Position numbers and translations under genes: made by a program
The notes under the pieces: generated by a model
What the model was told of the DNA's origin: nothing
Database searches by the model: none
Seen by the model: only the letters and a program-made list of their open reading frames with translations
Part shown: positions 21,310-31,112 of the stretch, one piece after another
Position numbering within the stretch: position 1 is the stretch's first letter
How the letters are laid out: each line of letters opens with the position of its first letter
NCBI GenBank assembly: GCA_963664405.1
Contig: OY761158.1
Span: 5,728,001 to 5,792,000, forward strand
DNA: 64,000 nt
Reading direction: 5' to 3'
Source: Thermoanaerobaculia bacterium
GTDB lineage: Bacteria; Acidobacteriota; Thermoanaerobaculia; Multivoradales; Multivoraceae

Positions 21310-22043
21310 TTCTTGGCGAAGGCTTCGAGCCTCTGCTGAAGATCGGGCCCCGATCCTGGCGTCGCCGCTCGCTCGAAGGCGAGACCCTCCTTCAAAGTAA
21401 ATGCCTGGCCCTCGTTTACCAGCATCTTGTCGGCTCTGAGCGTGTGCCATGAGCTCTCTACGATGTCGCGAGCCAGCGCCAGGGTGGCGGTCTCGAGCTC
21501 CTCGTCGGGGACGCAGCGGTTGGCCAGGCCGATCCGGGCGGCTTCACGCCCCTCTACGACTCGTTGTGTGAACATCAGTTCTTTCGCAATCAGAGGGCCG
21601 ACCCGTCGGGGTAGGCGTTGGCTCATGCCCCAGCTCGGTGTCATCGCCCAGCGCCCGTGGGTGTCGGCGAATTTTGCCGATTCGGCGGCGACCAATAGAT
21701 CACAGGCCAGCGCGAGCTCGAGCGCGCCGGTGTAGCAGTGGCCTTGTACGGAGGCGATGACCGGCTGGGGAAGCGCCTCGATTGCCTCCAGGGTCTCGGC
21801 CTGGAAGTGCGGCGTCGGCGCCTTTTCGCCGCTCATCGTCGCCTTGAGGTCGTTGCCGGCGGAGAAGGAGCGTCCTTCGCCGCGAAGAATCACGCAGCCG
21901 ACCTCGTCGGTTTGCGCTGCCAGCTGGTCGATGTGATCGCGTAGCTCGACGAAGAGTGCCGGCCGAAGAGCGTTCAGCGCGTCGGGTCGATTGAAGCTTA
22001 GGGTACAGACTCCGCGGTCGTCGTGACGGAGGATATCGGTCAT
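21306..22043 (-). CDS. Enoyl-CoA hydratase/isomerase family protein
   Basis: NRPDALNAL, FSAGNDL, PQPVIASVQG..G.LELALACD and P.WGMSQRLPR.VG. Confidence 0.9.
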   Translation of the reverse strand: MTDILRHDDRGVCTLSFNRPDALNALRPALFVELRDHIDQLAAQTDEVGCVILRGEGRSFSAGNDLKATMSGEKAPTPHFQAETLEAIEALPQPVIASVQGHCYTGALELALACDLLVAAESAKFADTHGRWAMTPSWGMSQRLPRRVGPLIAKELMFTQRVVEGREAARIGLANRCVPDEELETATLALARDIVESSWHTLRADKMLVNEGQAFTLKEGLAFERAATPGSGPDLQQRLEAFAKN

Positions 22044-22062
22044 GAAGTGGCTCCTGATGGGC

Positions 22063-23136
22063 TCAAGGCGTGTGGAGTGAGGAGAGGAAATCGATCATCG
22101 CCGAGTTGGTCTCTCGCGGTGCCTCTTGCTGCACCCAGTGACCGATCTCGGGTACGACAACTACGCTACGAAGCGCCGGCGCCCAGGGGCGCATCAGAGA
22201 ATCGAGGCTGGTGGCGGACGCGCCCCGAATCACCATGTCCTTTTCCCCGGCGATAAAGAGAGCCGGTTGCTCGACCTTGGCATCGCTCAGCTGGGGAGTG
22301 AGCTCCCAGTTGCGATGGAAGTTGCGGTAGTAATTGATGCCGCCGCGGAAGCCGGCGTGAGAGAACTCGCTCACGTAGTAGTCGAGGTCCTTGGCAGCCA
22401 ACCAGGGTGGCAACTCTTTGGGAGCACCGAGACGGCCGGTCCACCCGCCGGCGCTGCGTTTGGGGTCGGTAATCTCCGGCTTCTCTCTAGGGGTGTCAGG
22501 GGAGGCGTAGACCCGGCTCAGTATGCCCCTAGGGTTCGCATCGAACTCCGTTTCCGCGACGTCCGGCTCTTGGAAGTAGAGAATATAGAAGAAGTTCTCC
22601 CCATAGGCCTGACGTAGTCGATCGGTGAGCGAGGCGTCGCCCCTTCCGGTGTAGGGAACGCTCATCGCGATCACCGAAGAGAAGCGCTCGGGCTCGAGTA
22701 GGGCGCAGTTCCAGGCGATGATGGCGCCCCAGTCGTGTCCGACCAGAACTGCTCGCTCTTCGCCGAGGGCCTCGATCATGCCGACGACAGTGCGGCAGGT
22801 ATTGATGACGTCGTAGCTCTCGACCGCCGCAGGGGAATCGCTGTGTCCATAGCCTGGCATGTCAGGGGCGACGGCGCGGTAGCCGGCCTCAGCAAGAGCT
22901 GGGAGCTGGTGGCGCCACGAGTACCAGGACTCGGGGAAGCCATGAAGAAGCAGAACGAGAGGTCCCTCTCCTCGCTCCGCCAAGCGAATTCGAAGCCCGT
23001 TGCTCTCGACATAGTGGAGGCGGTTGCCGAGCACGGTTTCATCCATGGGAGTCTCTCCTCGAATCTGCGGGCTCCCCAGGAGTAGGGCCACCAAGAGCCA
23101 TGATGAGATCAGTGGGGGAACGGGGGGTCGACGCAC
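22063..23136 (-). CDS. Alpha/beta hydrolase, soluble epoxide hydrolase (EphA) type
   Basis: LHGFPESWYSWRHQ, GHDWGA, FYILYFQEP, INYYRN and GHWVQQE. Confidence 0.9.
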   Translation of the reverse strand: MRRPPVPPLISSWLLVALLLGSPQIRGETPMDETVLGNRLHYVESNGLRIRLAERGEGPLVLLLHGFPESWYSWRHQLPALAEAGYRAVAPDMPGYGHSDSPAAVESYDVINTCRTVVGMIEALGEERAVLVGHDWGAIIAWNCALLEPERFSSVIAMSVPYTGRGDASLTDRLRQAYGENFFYILYFQEPDVAETEFDANPRGILSRVYASPDTPREKPEITDPKRSAGGWTGRLGAPKELPPWLAAKDLDYYVSEFSHAGFRGGINYYRNFHRNWELTPQLSDAKVEQPALFIAGEKDMVIRGASATSLDSLMRPWAPALRSVVVVPEIGHWVQQEAPRETNSAMIDFLSSLHTP

Positions 23137-23284
23137 GAAAGTCAGTCTACCTTGCTCGCTTTGGCACCGGCGATGCCGAGTGTCCCCTGGAGAGGTCGGA
23201 TGGAGGGGAGGGCTGACTCACGATTTGCGCTCGTGAGTCGTCCAGAGCGCTGTAACAGCAGAGGTTCCTCGGTTTGAAAGGGTG

Positions 23285-23301
23285 TTGGCATCGAGGTTGC
23301 T
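23285..23301 (+). promoter_or_regulatory. Putative sigma54 (-24/-12) promoter of the outer-membrane barrel gene
   Basis: TTGGCATCGAGGTTGCT has exact GG-N10-GC spacing; perfect inverted repeat GACTCACGA..TCGTGAGTC just upstream. Confidence 0.55.
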
Positions 23302-23311
23302 CTAGGAGTAC

Positions 23312-23478
23312 CTAGTGTCGTGTCCCAGAAATGCCTACCCAATAGCTCGGCCCCTTTCGCTCGCTGCCTTCGTTACGCCTCGCCGACAGATTTCCCAATA
23401 TGCCTGCCTCGCCGCGCCTTGGCAGCGAACGAAATGACCTCGATCTATTAGGCAGGCATTTCCGGGACACGACACTAG
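23312..23478. repeat. 167-bp CTAG-bounded palindromic element (divergent-TIR variant)
   Basis: ~34-bp TIR CTAGTGTCGTGTCCCAGAAATGCCTACCCAATAG / CTATTAGGCAGGCATTTCCGGGACACGACACTAG; core CCCAATATGCCTGC..GCGCC..CAGCGAAC..AATGACCTCGA shared with other copies. Confidence 0.88.
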
Positions 23479-23513
23479 GTCCCGCTGAAGCCCCTATGAA
23501 AGAGGAGAGATCT

Positions 23514-24224
23514 ATGAGCAGCCACCGATGCCTTCCCGTTCTTCTCGTCTCTGTGCCACTCCTGGTCGCCTTGGCGCCGGCGCATGGCCAGACCACCGAG
23601 CCTTACAACGATCGTCCCTCCGCGGTGCGTGTTCGCTTTGGGGAGTTTGAGCCCGAGGGAGATTCGATCTACTGGGACCAGCGCGAGATCGACTTCACCG
23701 GCAGCGTCGACGACTTTGCCGATAGCATCTACGCAGTTGACTTTGTCCACATGCTCACCGAGCGCTGGGGCGTGATGGCGTCTGCGAGTTACTACGAAGG
23801 CCAGGATAGACAGGCCTTTCGAGACTTTGTCGATGATCGGGGGGCCGATATTCTCCATGACACATCGTTGGAAGTCGCCACCTTGAATGTCGGAGTGGTG
23901 TTCCACCTACTTCGCCGCGACGCGGCCGTGAGTCCCTATATCGGAGGAGGCTTCGGTTTTTACGGCTACGATCTCGAAGAGTCGGGGGACTTCATCGACT
24001 TCGACACCTTCGAGGTCATTCCTGGCACTTTCACCGCCGACGGTGACGCCTTTGGTGCCTATCTCCTGGTGGGGCTCGAGGTCCCCCTCACAGGCCAGGT
24101 CTCGATCTTCGGAGAAGCTCGCTGGCACGACGCCGACGACGAGCTCGCGGGTGACTTTCGGGAGTTCGGCACCATCGATCTGGGCGGTCAGGAGTACTCG
24201 GCAGGTCTGTCGTTCCGCTTCTGA
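23514..24224 (+). CDS. Outer-membrane beta-barrel protein (OmpA/OmpW-like)
   Basis: Signal peptide, SPYIGGGFGFY, alternating beta strands and C-terminal YSAGLSFRF; GAGGAG RBS. Confidence 0.82.
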   Translation: MSSHRCLPVLLVSVPLLVALAPAHGQTTEPYNDRPSAVRVRFGEFEPEGDSIYWDQREIDFTGSVDDFADSIYAVDFVHMLTERWGVMASASYYEGQDRQAFRDFVDDRGADILHDTSLEVATLNVGVVFHLLRRDAAVSPYIGGGFGFYGYDLEESGDFIDFDTFEVIPGTFTADGDAFGAYLLVGLEVPLTGQVSIFGEARWHDADDELAGDFREFGTIDLGGQEYSAGLSFRF

Positions 24225-24234
24225 CGCGGCCGAA

Positions 24235-24489
24235 TCAGTCGCGCTTGCGAAAGACCCTGAAAATGGCCATGGCGAGGGTCGACCCGATGGTGGCGAAGAT
24301 GACGGTGCGCAGCCCTACCTCGGGCCCGTCCCCGTGGCTGATAAGAGATGAGAGCGCCCCCCCGAGAACCGCCCCGGCGACGCCGGTCAGGATCGTCGGG
24401 GCTAAGGCAAGGGGATCCTCGGCGGGCTTGAGCAGCCGTGCCAGCATGAAGGCGAGGGTGCCGGCGGCGAGCCAGGCGATGAGCTCCAT
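24235..24489 (-). CDS. GlsB/YeaQ/YmgE family small membrane protein
   Basis: LIAWL..G..A..LAR..TIL.GVAGAVLGG..A.IGS. Confidence 0.78.
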   Translation of the reverse strand: MELIAWLAAGTLAFMLARLLKPAEDPLALAPTILTGVAGAVLGGALSSLISHGDGPEVGLRTVIFATIGSTLAMAIFRVFRKRD

Positions 24490-24492
24490 CTC

Positions 24493-25752
24493 TTAGCGAC
24501 CCTCGCTCGTTTGATCTTTCGCGGACACGCTCGGCCCGAGTCGAGCCGCGACCAGCTCGCGCTTGTTTCGCGCGAAGAGGACTCCGTCGGAATAGGCGGG
24601 GTAGGCCCGTACGACACCCTCGAGAAGCTTGGCCGTACTCCGGGGCTCGAATCCCGCTTCGCTTGCTGTGGCGGAGATCAGACGACCGTCTTCGTGAAGA
24701 ACGAGTAGCGTGTCACTGACGAGAGTGAGGCTTCCGGACCCGAACCTCTCGAGGCTCCAACGCACCTCGCCGGTGTCGAGCCGGATGCAGCGTAAGGCCG
24801 GCCCGTATTCCTGCCGCCCATGAAACCCGTAGAGATGACCCTTGGAGTAGACGCTGGTGGCGTAGTGGTTCGACAGGATCTCGTCCGAGGTCCACACCGG
24901 TTGTGGTTTCTCCGAGCTCAGTTGGAGGAGGGTGGCACCCGTGCCGTAGCTAGCCGAGAGAAAAACTCGATCGCCGAGTACCAGGGGGGTTGCGGCGTTG
25001 ACGGAAGAGCCCGAGCGCGAGCGCCACCTCAAAGAGTGCCGCAGCGTCCCAGTTGCGCTGTCGGTGATTACCAGGCCCTCCCGCGTCAAAAAGACAACCG
25101 CAGGCTCGCCTCCGAGCTTCGCGCTCACTGGAGAGGAGTAGCTCGCCCCTTGGCGGGTGCTCTGCCATGCCACCTCGCCGGTTTCGGCATCGAAAGCGAC
25201 GATGCCCGCGTCGGCGCCTCCGACATTCACGAACACGCGGCCGGAGTCGACGAGGGGGCTGGTGGCGGCGCCGAAGAACCCTTTGCGCACCTTGAAGCGC
25301 GGATGGGTCTCGACCTTCCAGAGGGGCCGGCCCGAGGTGAGCTCGAGGGCGCTCAGAACACCCTGTGCGCCGAAGGTGAAGACCTTGTCTCCCGCGATTG
25401 TCGGCGCCGCGCGAGGGCCCTCGTCGAAGCCGAAGTCGTCGCGGTATGCGGTGGTGTAGTGGTGGGTCCACTGGAGCTCGCCGGTGGCGGCGTCGAGACA
25501 ATCGACGACTTCGTGGCCGTTGGCGCGATGGAAGAGAATCAGTCGCCGATTCGCCACCGTTGGGGCACTGAAGCCTTCACCGACAGGTCTCGTCCAAAGA
25601 ATGGGAGGACCCGAGCTCGTCCACTGTTCAGGAGCTGGCTCTAGGGAGGTTCCGTCACGTCTCGGCCCGAGATGCTGAGGCCAGTCCTTCGCGACGACTT
25701 CAGCGCTCACCAGGAGCGCCGTAGCCGTCACCAGCAGTGGCAGCGGCCTCAT
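24493..25752 (-). CDS. Secreted PQQ-like (BamB-type) beta-propeller protein
   Basis: DWPQHLGP.RDG, repeated CLDAATGE..W, GPRAAP and YSSP motifs. Confidence 0.88.
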   Translation of the reverse strand: MRPLPLLVTATALLVSAEVVAKDWPQHLGPRRDGTSLEPAPEQWTSSGPPILWTRPVGEGFSAPTVANRRLILFHRANGHEVVDCLDAATGELQWTHHYTTAYRDDFGFDEGPRAAPTIAGDKVFTFGAQGVLSALELTSGRPLWKVETHPRFKVRKGFFGAATSPLVDSGRVFVNVGGADAGIVAFDAETGEVAWQSTRQGASYSSPVSAKLGGEPAVVFLTREGLVITDSATGTLRHSLRWRSRSGSSVNAATPLVLGDRVFLSASYGTGATLLQLSSEKPQPVWTSDEILSNHYATSVYSKGHLYGFHGRQEYGPALRCIRLDTGEVRWSLERFGSGSLTLVSDTLLVLHEDGRLISATASEAGFEPRSTAKLLEGVVRAYPAYSDGVLFARNKRELVAARLGPSVSAKDQTSEGR

Positions 25753-26552
25753 CGGTCTCGCGCCAATAGGTGAACGCGGGCGACGACGCCCATGTAGTGG
25801 GGGAGGTCCAAATCACGAGCCTTCTCGATGTGCTCGCGGCCGTCCTCCGTTAGACCGATCGCTTCGAGATAGAGGCCGACGTAGAGATACCCATAGAAGA
25901 GGCGGTCGGGGTGCAGTTCACTTGCGGCAGAGCCTATCCCCGCTGTCTCGAGCACTTCTTCGACTCTGGCTTTGCCACGAAAGAGATCGTAAATCGCCAT
26001 CATCGGCAAGCGGGGGTCCGGCCCCACCGGTAGGATCAAGCGCCGGGCATTGGCGAATCCCTCGCTACCCGCGACACAGAGAAAGTGCCAGACGGCGTTC
26101 TCTACGTCGTCCGGATTGACCGAGCGATGGAGCTCGAACTGCGCTCGGCACGCTGCGTAGCGCCCGGCGTAGTACTGGGAGATCCCTCGCTGCCACAGCG
26201 AGGCTTCACGCGGGGGATCGAGCTCGACCACGCGATCGAGATCGGCCACTGAACCCTCGATGTCGCCAAGTTGAAAGCGAAGCTGGCCTCTTAGTAGAGG
26301 CCCCCTCCAGTCCTCGGGGGCGGCAGAGACCAGGCGGTCGTATTTGGCGCGAGCGCCTTCGAAGTCTCCTGCTCGCTCGAGTGACTGACCCTCCTGGAGC
26401 AAGAAGTCTGCGGAGGAGCCTGCTTGCGCCAACGCGGCGGGCTGCGCCACGGGCAGCGCCGAGGCCGTCAGGGCTACGGTCAGAGCTGGCAGCCATTTCG
26501 TCGGACGAAGTCGAGGGCGAGCTGGGCGGACGGCTTTGCGCGGGCTTCTCAA
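25749..26552 (-). CDS. TPR protein (NlpI-like)
   Basis: TPR helices; LWQRGISQYYAG, NPDDVENAVWHFLC and FYGYLYVGLY. Confidence 0.8.
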   Translation of the reverse strand: MRSPRKAVRPARPRLRPTKWLPALTVALTASALPVAQPAALAQAGSSADFLLQEGQSLERAGDFEGARAKYDRLVSAAPEDWRGPLLRGQLRFQLGDIEGSVADLDRVVELDPPREASLWQRGISQYYAGRYAACRAQFELHRSVNPDDVENAVWHFLCVAGSEGFANARRLILPVGPDPRLPMMAIYDLFRGKARVEEVLETAGIGSAASELHPDRLFYGYLYVGLYLEAIGLTEDGREHIEKARDLDLPHYMGVVARVHLLARDR

Positions 26553-26866
26553 TTTGGACTCTTGGGCAGCCGAAGACGTCGCTTTTCCGGATCTCGAGCC
26601 TGTCGGTACAAGATCGCGACGTGTCCGACGATGCCGGCCACCTCCGCCCGCAACTTCTCTTCGATGTCGGCGCAGAGCTCGCGCTTCTTGCCTCTGTGGT
26701 CGAGAAAGCGGATCTTGATCAGCTCGTGCTGGCCGAGAGCCTGATCGAGACTTGCGAGAACGCTCTCGCTGAGACCGGCACGGCCGATGTGGATGATGGG
26801 GTCTAGGCGGTGACCTAGACCCCGCAGGTGCTTGCGTTGAGAGCTGCTTAGTGCGTCGGAGCTCAT
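26549..26866 (-). CDS. yhbY: RNA-binding CRM-domain protein YhbY
   Basis: QRKHLRGLGHRLDPII.IG..GL, HELIKIR and VGHVAILYR. Confidence 0.92.
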   Translation of the reverse strand: MSSDALSSSQRKHLRGLGHRLDPIIHIGRAGLSESVLASLDQALGQHELIKIRFLDHRGKKRELCADIEEKLRAEVAGIVGHVAILYRQARDPEKRRLRLPKSPN

Positions 26867-26953
26867 CTCTTACCTTCGAGAACGGCGAACCTCGATGTGG
26901 TTGTGATCATAGCTTTCTTTTGGAATCGCAGAGCCTCCAGGCTCCTGGGTCCA

Positions 26954-27210
26954 CTAGACCAGCGTCTCCAAAGTTCGTGTGTAATAGCTCGAGGTCATTC
27001 TGTTCGCTGGCTAGGAGCCTGCGAAGCAGGCGAGTAGTTCTCAGGTGGGGATGGGCCGGAGAACGGGCCGCAGGTCCGTTCTCTGGGGCGAGGCGCGCCG
27101 ACGCAGGCATATTGGGCAATATGTCGAGGAGCGCGGGGGCGCCTAGCCAACGCCGGCAGCGGGCAGAAGGGGCCGAGATATGTGCGCGAACTTTGGAAAC
27201 GCTGGTCTAG
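26954..27210. repeat. CTAG palindromic element with a nested ~76-bp insertion of the second subfamily
   Basis: TIRs CTAGACCAGCGT(C/T)TCCAAAGTTCG at both ends; opposite orientation to the 59901 copy; insert 27015-27090 matches 21220-21309. Confidence 0.9.
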
Positions 27211-27236
27211 GATACTGACGTCGTTGGAGTGTGGCG

Positions 27237-28034
27237 ATGAGTGGCAGCGGGAACAATGGAGAACAATCACCGGTAGTCGTTCTGGTGGCGCCCCAGATGG
27301 CTGAGAATGTGGGCGCGGTGGCGCGGGCGATGCTCAATTGCGGGCTGCTCGAGCTACGCCTCGTGCGGCCCAGGCACGGGTGGCCCAACCTCGCGGCGGT
27401 GCCTTCTGCTTCCGGCGCCGACGAGGTCCTCGACGCTGCGCGTGTCTATTCGACGACCGCCGAGGCGATCTCCGATCTCTCTTGTGTCTACGCTACAACC
27501 GCGCGCCTTCGAGACATGATCAAGCCGCTGCTTTCGCCTCGGGAGGCGGCGGTCGAGATCCACGCCGCGACTGCTCGCGGAGCGCGGGTCGGGCTGCTCT
27601 TCGGGCCCGAGCGAACAGGGCTGGATAACGACGATGTCGTGCTCTCGGCGGGCCTTATTCATGTACCGCTGAATCCCGAGTTTTCCTCCCTGAATCTAGC
27701 GCAGGCGGTGCTACTCGTGGCCTATGAGTGGCGCATGGCGGGAGGGGCGGTAGTGGCTCCACACCGACCTCCGCGGACCCTGGAGAGGCCCGCGACTCAA
27801 GGTCAGCTGCAGAGCCTCTTCAGCCATCTGGAGGAGGAGCTCGAGGAACACAGCTTCTTTGAGGTTGCCGAGAAGCGCCCTTCGATTGTCCGACGCATTC
27901 GCGCATTCTTCGCCCGGGCGCGGCCGACGGACCAGGAGGTGCGAACGCTCCATGGTGTGATCACTGCCCTTGCTCGTCGACCGCGACGAGCAGCGAGCGA
28001 GCAGGGCGACGATTCTGAGGCCGGGGAACCCTAG
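27237..28034 (+). CDS. trmJ: TrmJ/LasT family SPOUT tRNA methyltransferase
   Basis: ENVGAVARAMLNCGL, TTAR.R, FGPERTGL.N and NPEFSSLNLAQAV. Confidence 0.88.
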   Translation: MSGSGNNGEQSPVVVLVAPQMAENVGAVARAMLNCGLLELRLVRPRHGWPNLAAVPSASGADEVLDAARVYSTTAEAISDLSCVYATTARLRDMIKPLLSPREAAVEIHAATARGARVGLLFGPERTGLDNDDVVLSAGLIHVPLNPEFSSLNLAQAVLLVAYEWRMAGGAVVAPHRPPRTLERPATQGQLQSLFSHLEEELEEHSFFEVAEKRPSIVRRIRAFFARARPTDQEVRTLHGVITALARRPRRAASEQGDDSEAGEP

Positions 28035-28067
28035 GTCGGCCTCCGCTGGAGAGCCACACAGCTCTTT

Positions 28068-29966
28068 TTACGGGTCGGCGGGGTAGCCCAGCTTTCTCAG
28101 CGCTTCGCCTATCTCGTCGAGAATCGTGGGGTCGTCGATGGTAGCGGGCACCCGCCACTCTTCAGCGTCTGCAATCTTGCGAACGGTGCCGCGCAGGATC
28201 TTCCCCGATCGCGTCTTCGGCAGTCGCTCGACGACGGTCGCGGTCTTGAACGAGGCCACCGCTCCGATCTTGTCGCGGACTTGCTTGATGCATTCGCCGA
28301 CGATGTCTCCATGCGGTCTTGTGACCCCGGCTTTGAGAACGAGAAGTCCCAGCGGCACTTGCCCTTTCAGTCCGTCCTTCACGCCGACTACCGCACACTC
28401 CGCCACGTCGGGGTGGTAGGCGAGCACTTCCTCCATGCCACCGGTGGAGAGTCGGTGTCCTGCAACATTGATGATGTCGTCGGTCCGACTCATCACGTAG
28501 AGGTAACCGTCCCCGTCGACGAAGCCCGCGTCCGAGGTCTGGTAGAAGCCAGGGTATCTCTCCATGTAGGCGTCGTGAAAGCCGGCTTGGTTGTTCCACA
28601 GAGTAGGGAGGCAACCGGGCGGCAGGGGCAGCTTGACGACCATTGCGCCGCTTTCCCCCGGCGGTAGCTGGTTGAGCTCTTCGTCGACGATGCGAACGTC
28701 GTAGCCCGGAACCGACTTGGTGGGGGAGCCGTGTTTGACAGGCAGTGGCCCCAGCCCCATGCAGTTGGCGGCTATGGCCCATCCGGTCTCGGTCTGCCAC
28801 CAGTGATCGATGACAGGAACTCCGAGCAGGTTCTCGGCCCACTTTATGGTGTCGGGGTCGGCGCGCTCTCCCGCCAAAAAGAGCGTGCGCAGCTCGGGCA
28901 TTGAATACGAGCGCAGCAGCTCCCCGTCCGGATCCTCCCGCTTGATGGCGCGAAGCGCGGTTGGCGCCGCGAAGATCGCTGCCACACCGTGCTCGGAAGC
29001 GACTCGCCAGAAGGCACCCGCGTCGGGCGTTCCGACCGGCTTGCCTTCGAAGAGAATCGAGGTGCAGCCGTGCAGCAGGGGGGCGTAGACGATATAGGAA
29101 TGACCGACGACCCAGCCCACGTCGGAGGCCGCCCAGAAAACCTCGCCCGGCGCGATGCCGTAGACGTTCTGCATGCTCCAGGCGAGCGCCACCATATGAC
29201 CGCCGTTGTCGCGTACGACGCCCTTCGGAATGCCGGTGGTGCCGGATGTGTAGAGGATGTAGAGAGGATCGGTTGCGGCGACCGGGACGCAGTCCGCCGG
29301 CTCCGCGTCGGCGACCCACTCACTCCATTCGAGGTCGCGGTCCGGAGCCAGGTCGGCGGACATTTGGGGGCGCTGAAGGATGACGCAGTGCCTTGGCTTG
29401 TGGCGCGCGATCGAGATTGCTTCGTCGAGCAGCGGCTTGTAAGGGATCCTTCGCTGCACCTCGATGCCGCAAGAGGCGGCGAGAATCACCTTTGGCTCGG
29501 CGTCGTCGATGCGTGTTGCGAGCTCTTGGGCGGCGAAACCTCCAAAAACGACCGAGTGGATGGCGCCAATGCGGGCACAGGCCAGCATGGCGATGACCGC
29601 CTCCGGCACCATTGGCATATAGATGAGGACCCGGTCGCCACGCTCGACACCGATGGAGAGCAGAGCGCCGGCGGCTCGCCGAGTCTGGTGGAGGAGCTCG
29701 CGATAGGTGAAAGTGCGCTTAACGCCGGTGACCGGGCTGTCGTAGATAAGTGCCGCTTGCTCTGCGCGGCCTCCGGCTACGTGGCGATCCAGCGCGTTGT
29801 AGCAGGTGTTCATTTCGCCACCGACGAACCAGCGCCCATTCCGTCCTTCACTGGTATCGAGGACTCGATCCCACGCCTTGTACCAATGGAGCGATTCCGC
29901 CGCCTCCCCCCAGAACCCTTCCGGGTCGTCCATCGAGCGGTGGTAGGTCTCCTCGTATTGACTCAC
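28068..29966 (-). CDS. prpE: Propionyl-CoA synthetase
   Basis: NTCYNALDRHV, YTSGTTG.PKGVVRDNGGH, DHWWQTETGW and PKTRSGKILR; start set to GTG at 29966. Confidence 0.88.
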   Translation of the reverse strand: MSQYEETYHRSMDDPEGFWGEAAESLHWYKAWDRVLDTSEGRNGRWFVGGEMNTCYNALDRHVAGGRAEQAALIYDSPVTGVKRTFTYRELLHQTRRAAGALLSIGVERGDRVLIYMPMVPEAVIAMLACARIGAIHSVVFGGFAAQELATRIDDAEPKVILAASCGIEVQRRIPYKPLLDEAISIARHKPRHCVILQRPQMSADLAPDRDLEWSEWVADAEPADCVPVAATDPLYILYTSGTTGIPKGVVRDNGGHMVALAWSMQNVYGIAPGEVFWAASDVGWVVGHSYIVYAPLLHGCTSILFEGKPVGTPDAGAFWRVASEHGVAAIFAAPTALRAIKREDPDGELLRSYSMPELRTLFLAGERADPDTIKWAENLLGVPVIDHWWQTETGWAIAANCMGLGPLPVKHGSPTKSVPGYDVRIVDEELNQLPPGESGAMVVKLPLPPGCLPTLWNNQAGFHDAYMERYPGFYQTSDAGFVDGDGYLYVMSRTDDIINVAGHRLSTGGMEEVLAYHPDVAECAVVGVKDGLKGQVPLGLLVLKAGVTRPHGDIVGECIKQVRDKIGAVASFKTATVVERLPKTRSGKILRGTVRKIADAEEWRVPATIDDPTILDEIGEALRKLGYPADP

Positions 29967-29989
29967 CGGTCTCACGCGCGCGGTCGGAT

Positions 29990-30394
29990 TCAACTTGTCT
30001 CGAGTAGCTCGACCCAATTGCCGTCGGGATCCTCGATCATGGTGATCTTGATCCCGGCACGGATCTCTCTCGGAGAAACCGCGACCTTGTAGCCGGCTTC
30101 TTCACAGGCTTTGGCCACGTCTTCCAGATTCGAAACAGAGATCGTCCAGTAGCGATAGCCGGTGGCGCCTGCGATTCCACCCGGCGCGGCTTCGACGGGT
30201 GGCGCTTTTCCAGGATCCACCAGCTTGATGAGGCTGGTACCACAGAGCAGTCGGTACATGGTGCCGCCGCCGGGCATCGGCATCGTACCCTGCTCTTCGA
30301 GGCCGAGTGTGTCTCGGTAGAACTTCAGCGACGCGTCTGCGTCCTTGACGATGATGCCGAGGTCGATCGAATCTTTGGTCAGCGCAATGCTCAT
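29990..30394 (-). CDS. VOC/glyoxalase family protein
   Basis: IDLGIIV.D...SLKFYRDTLG and EDPDGNWVE. Confidence 0.88.
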   Translation of the reverse strand: MSIALTKDSIDLGIIVKDADASLKFYRDTLGLEEQGTMPMPGGGTMYRLLCGTSLIKLVDPGKAPPVEAAPGGIAGATGYRYWTISVSNLEDVAKACEEAGYKVAVSPREIRAGIKITMIEDPDGNWVELLETS

Positions 30395-30575
30395 GTGGGT
30401 CCTTCCTTCCAGCTAGGTCGGGATCCTACCGCAGCGGTCATCAGGACTGTCGACGGGTGCCGGCTACCCAGATTGGATGCGGCAGGGACCTCCGTATTGA
30501 CGGGTCAACAGGCCCACCATAGGAGGCTGGGCACGCGCAGCTCAGTGTCTTGCTTGACAGTGGAGGGCTTGTAGT

Positions 30576-31082
30576 ATGAGAAAGAGCTCGGGCCGTCGTT
30601 CTTTCCTGATTCTTTTCCTGCTTCTACTCGGAACCATCGTCTTCGGCCCCGGCATCGTTGCCGCGCAGGATGTACCCAAGGGGAAGCTCATCACCGTTCA
30701 CCTTAGCGGCAGCGCAAGGAATGGGAATCTGAGGATCAGCAAGGTTCTCCCCAGCGCTAAAGGAATCTGCCGCGGCAAGGCGAACAAGAAGGACGACTGC
30801 GAAGACGAGGCTGCCTGGGCACTGAAGGGGTCGAATCTACCTGACAAGTGGACGGTGACAATCGAGAAGAAGTCGCAGCAGCCCGATTGCTTCACCGCTT
30901 CGAGCTTCACTCTCTACAACACCAATAACAAGAACAATCCGGTCCCGACGGGGCCGGTTCAGGACCCCCCGTGCACGACCTACTCGGTTTGGGCCTACAA
31001 CCTCACTCTCAAAGACGAATCGGGGCAGACGGTCGGAGCGGTCGTCGATCCGCTCATTGTGATCGATTACAGTGGTCCCTAA
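30576..31082 (+). CDS. Hypothetical secreted protein, four Cys
   Basis: Signal peptide ending ..AAQ; Lys/Asn-rich with consistent codon usage; no family recognised. Confidence 0.65.
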   Translation: MRKSSGRRSFLILFLLLLGTIVFGPGIVAAQDVPKGKLITVHLSGSARNGNLRISKVLPSAKGICRGKANKKDDCEDEAAWALKGSNLPDKWTVTIEKKSQQPDCFTASSFTLYNTNNKNNPVPTGPVQDPPCTTYSVWAYNLTLKDESGQTVGAVVDPLIVIDYSGP

Positions 31083-31112
31083 GGTCGAGCGGGCTGCCCT
31101 CGTAGGTCAATA

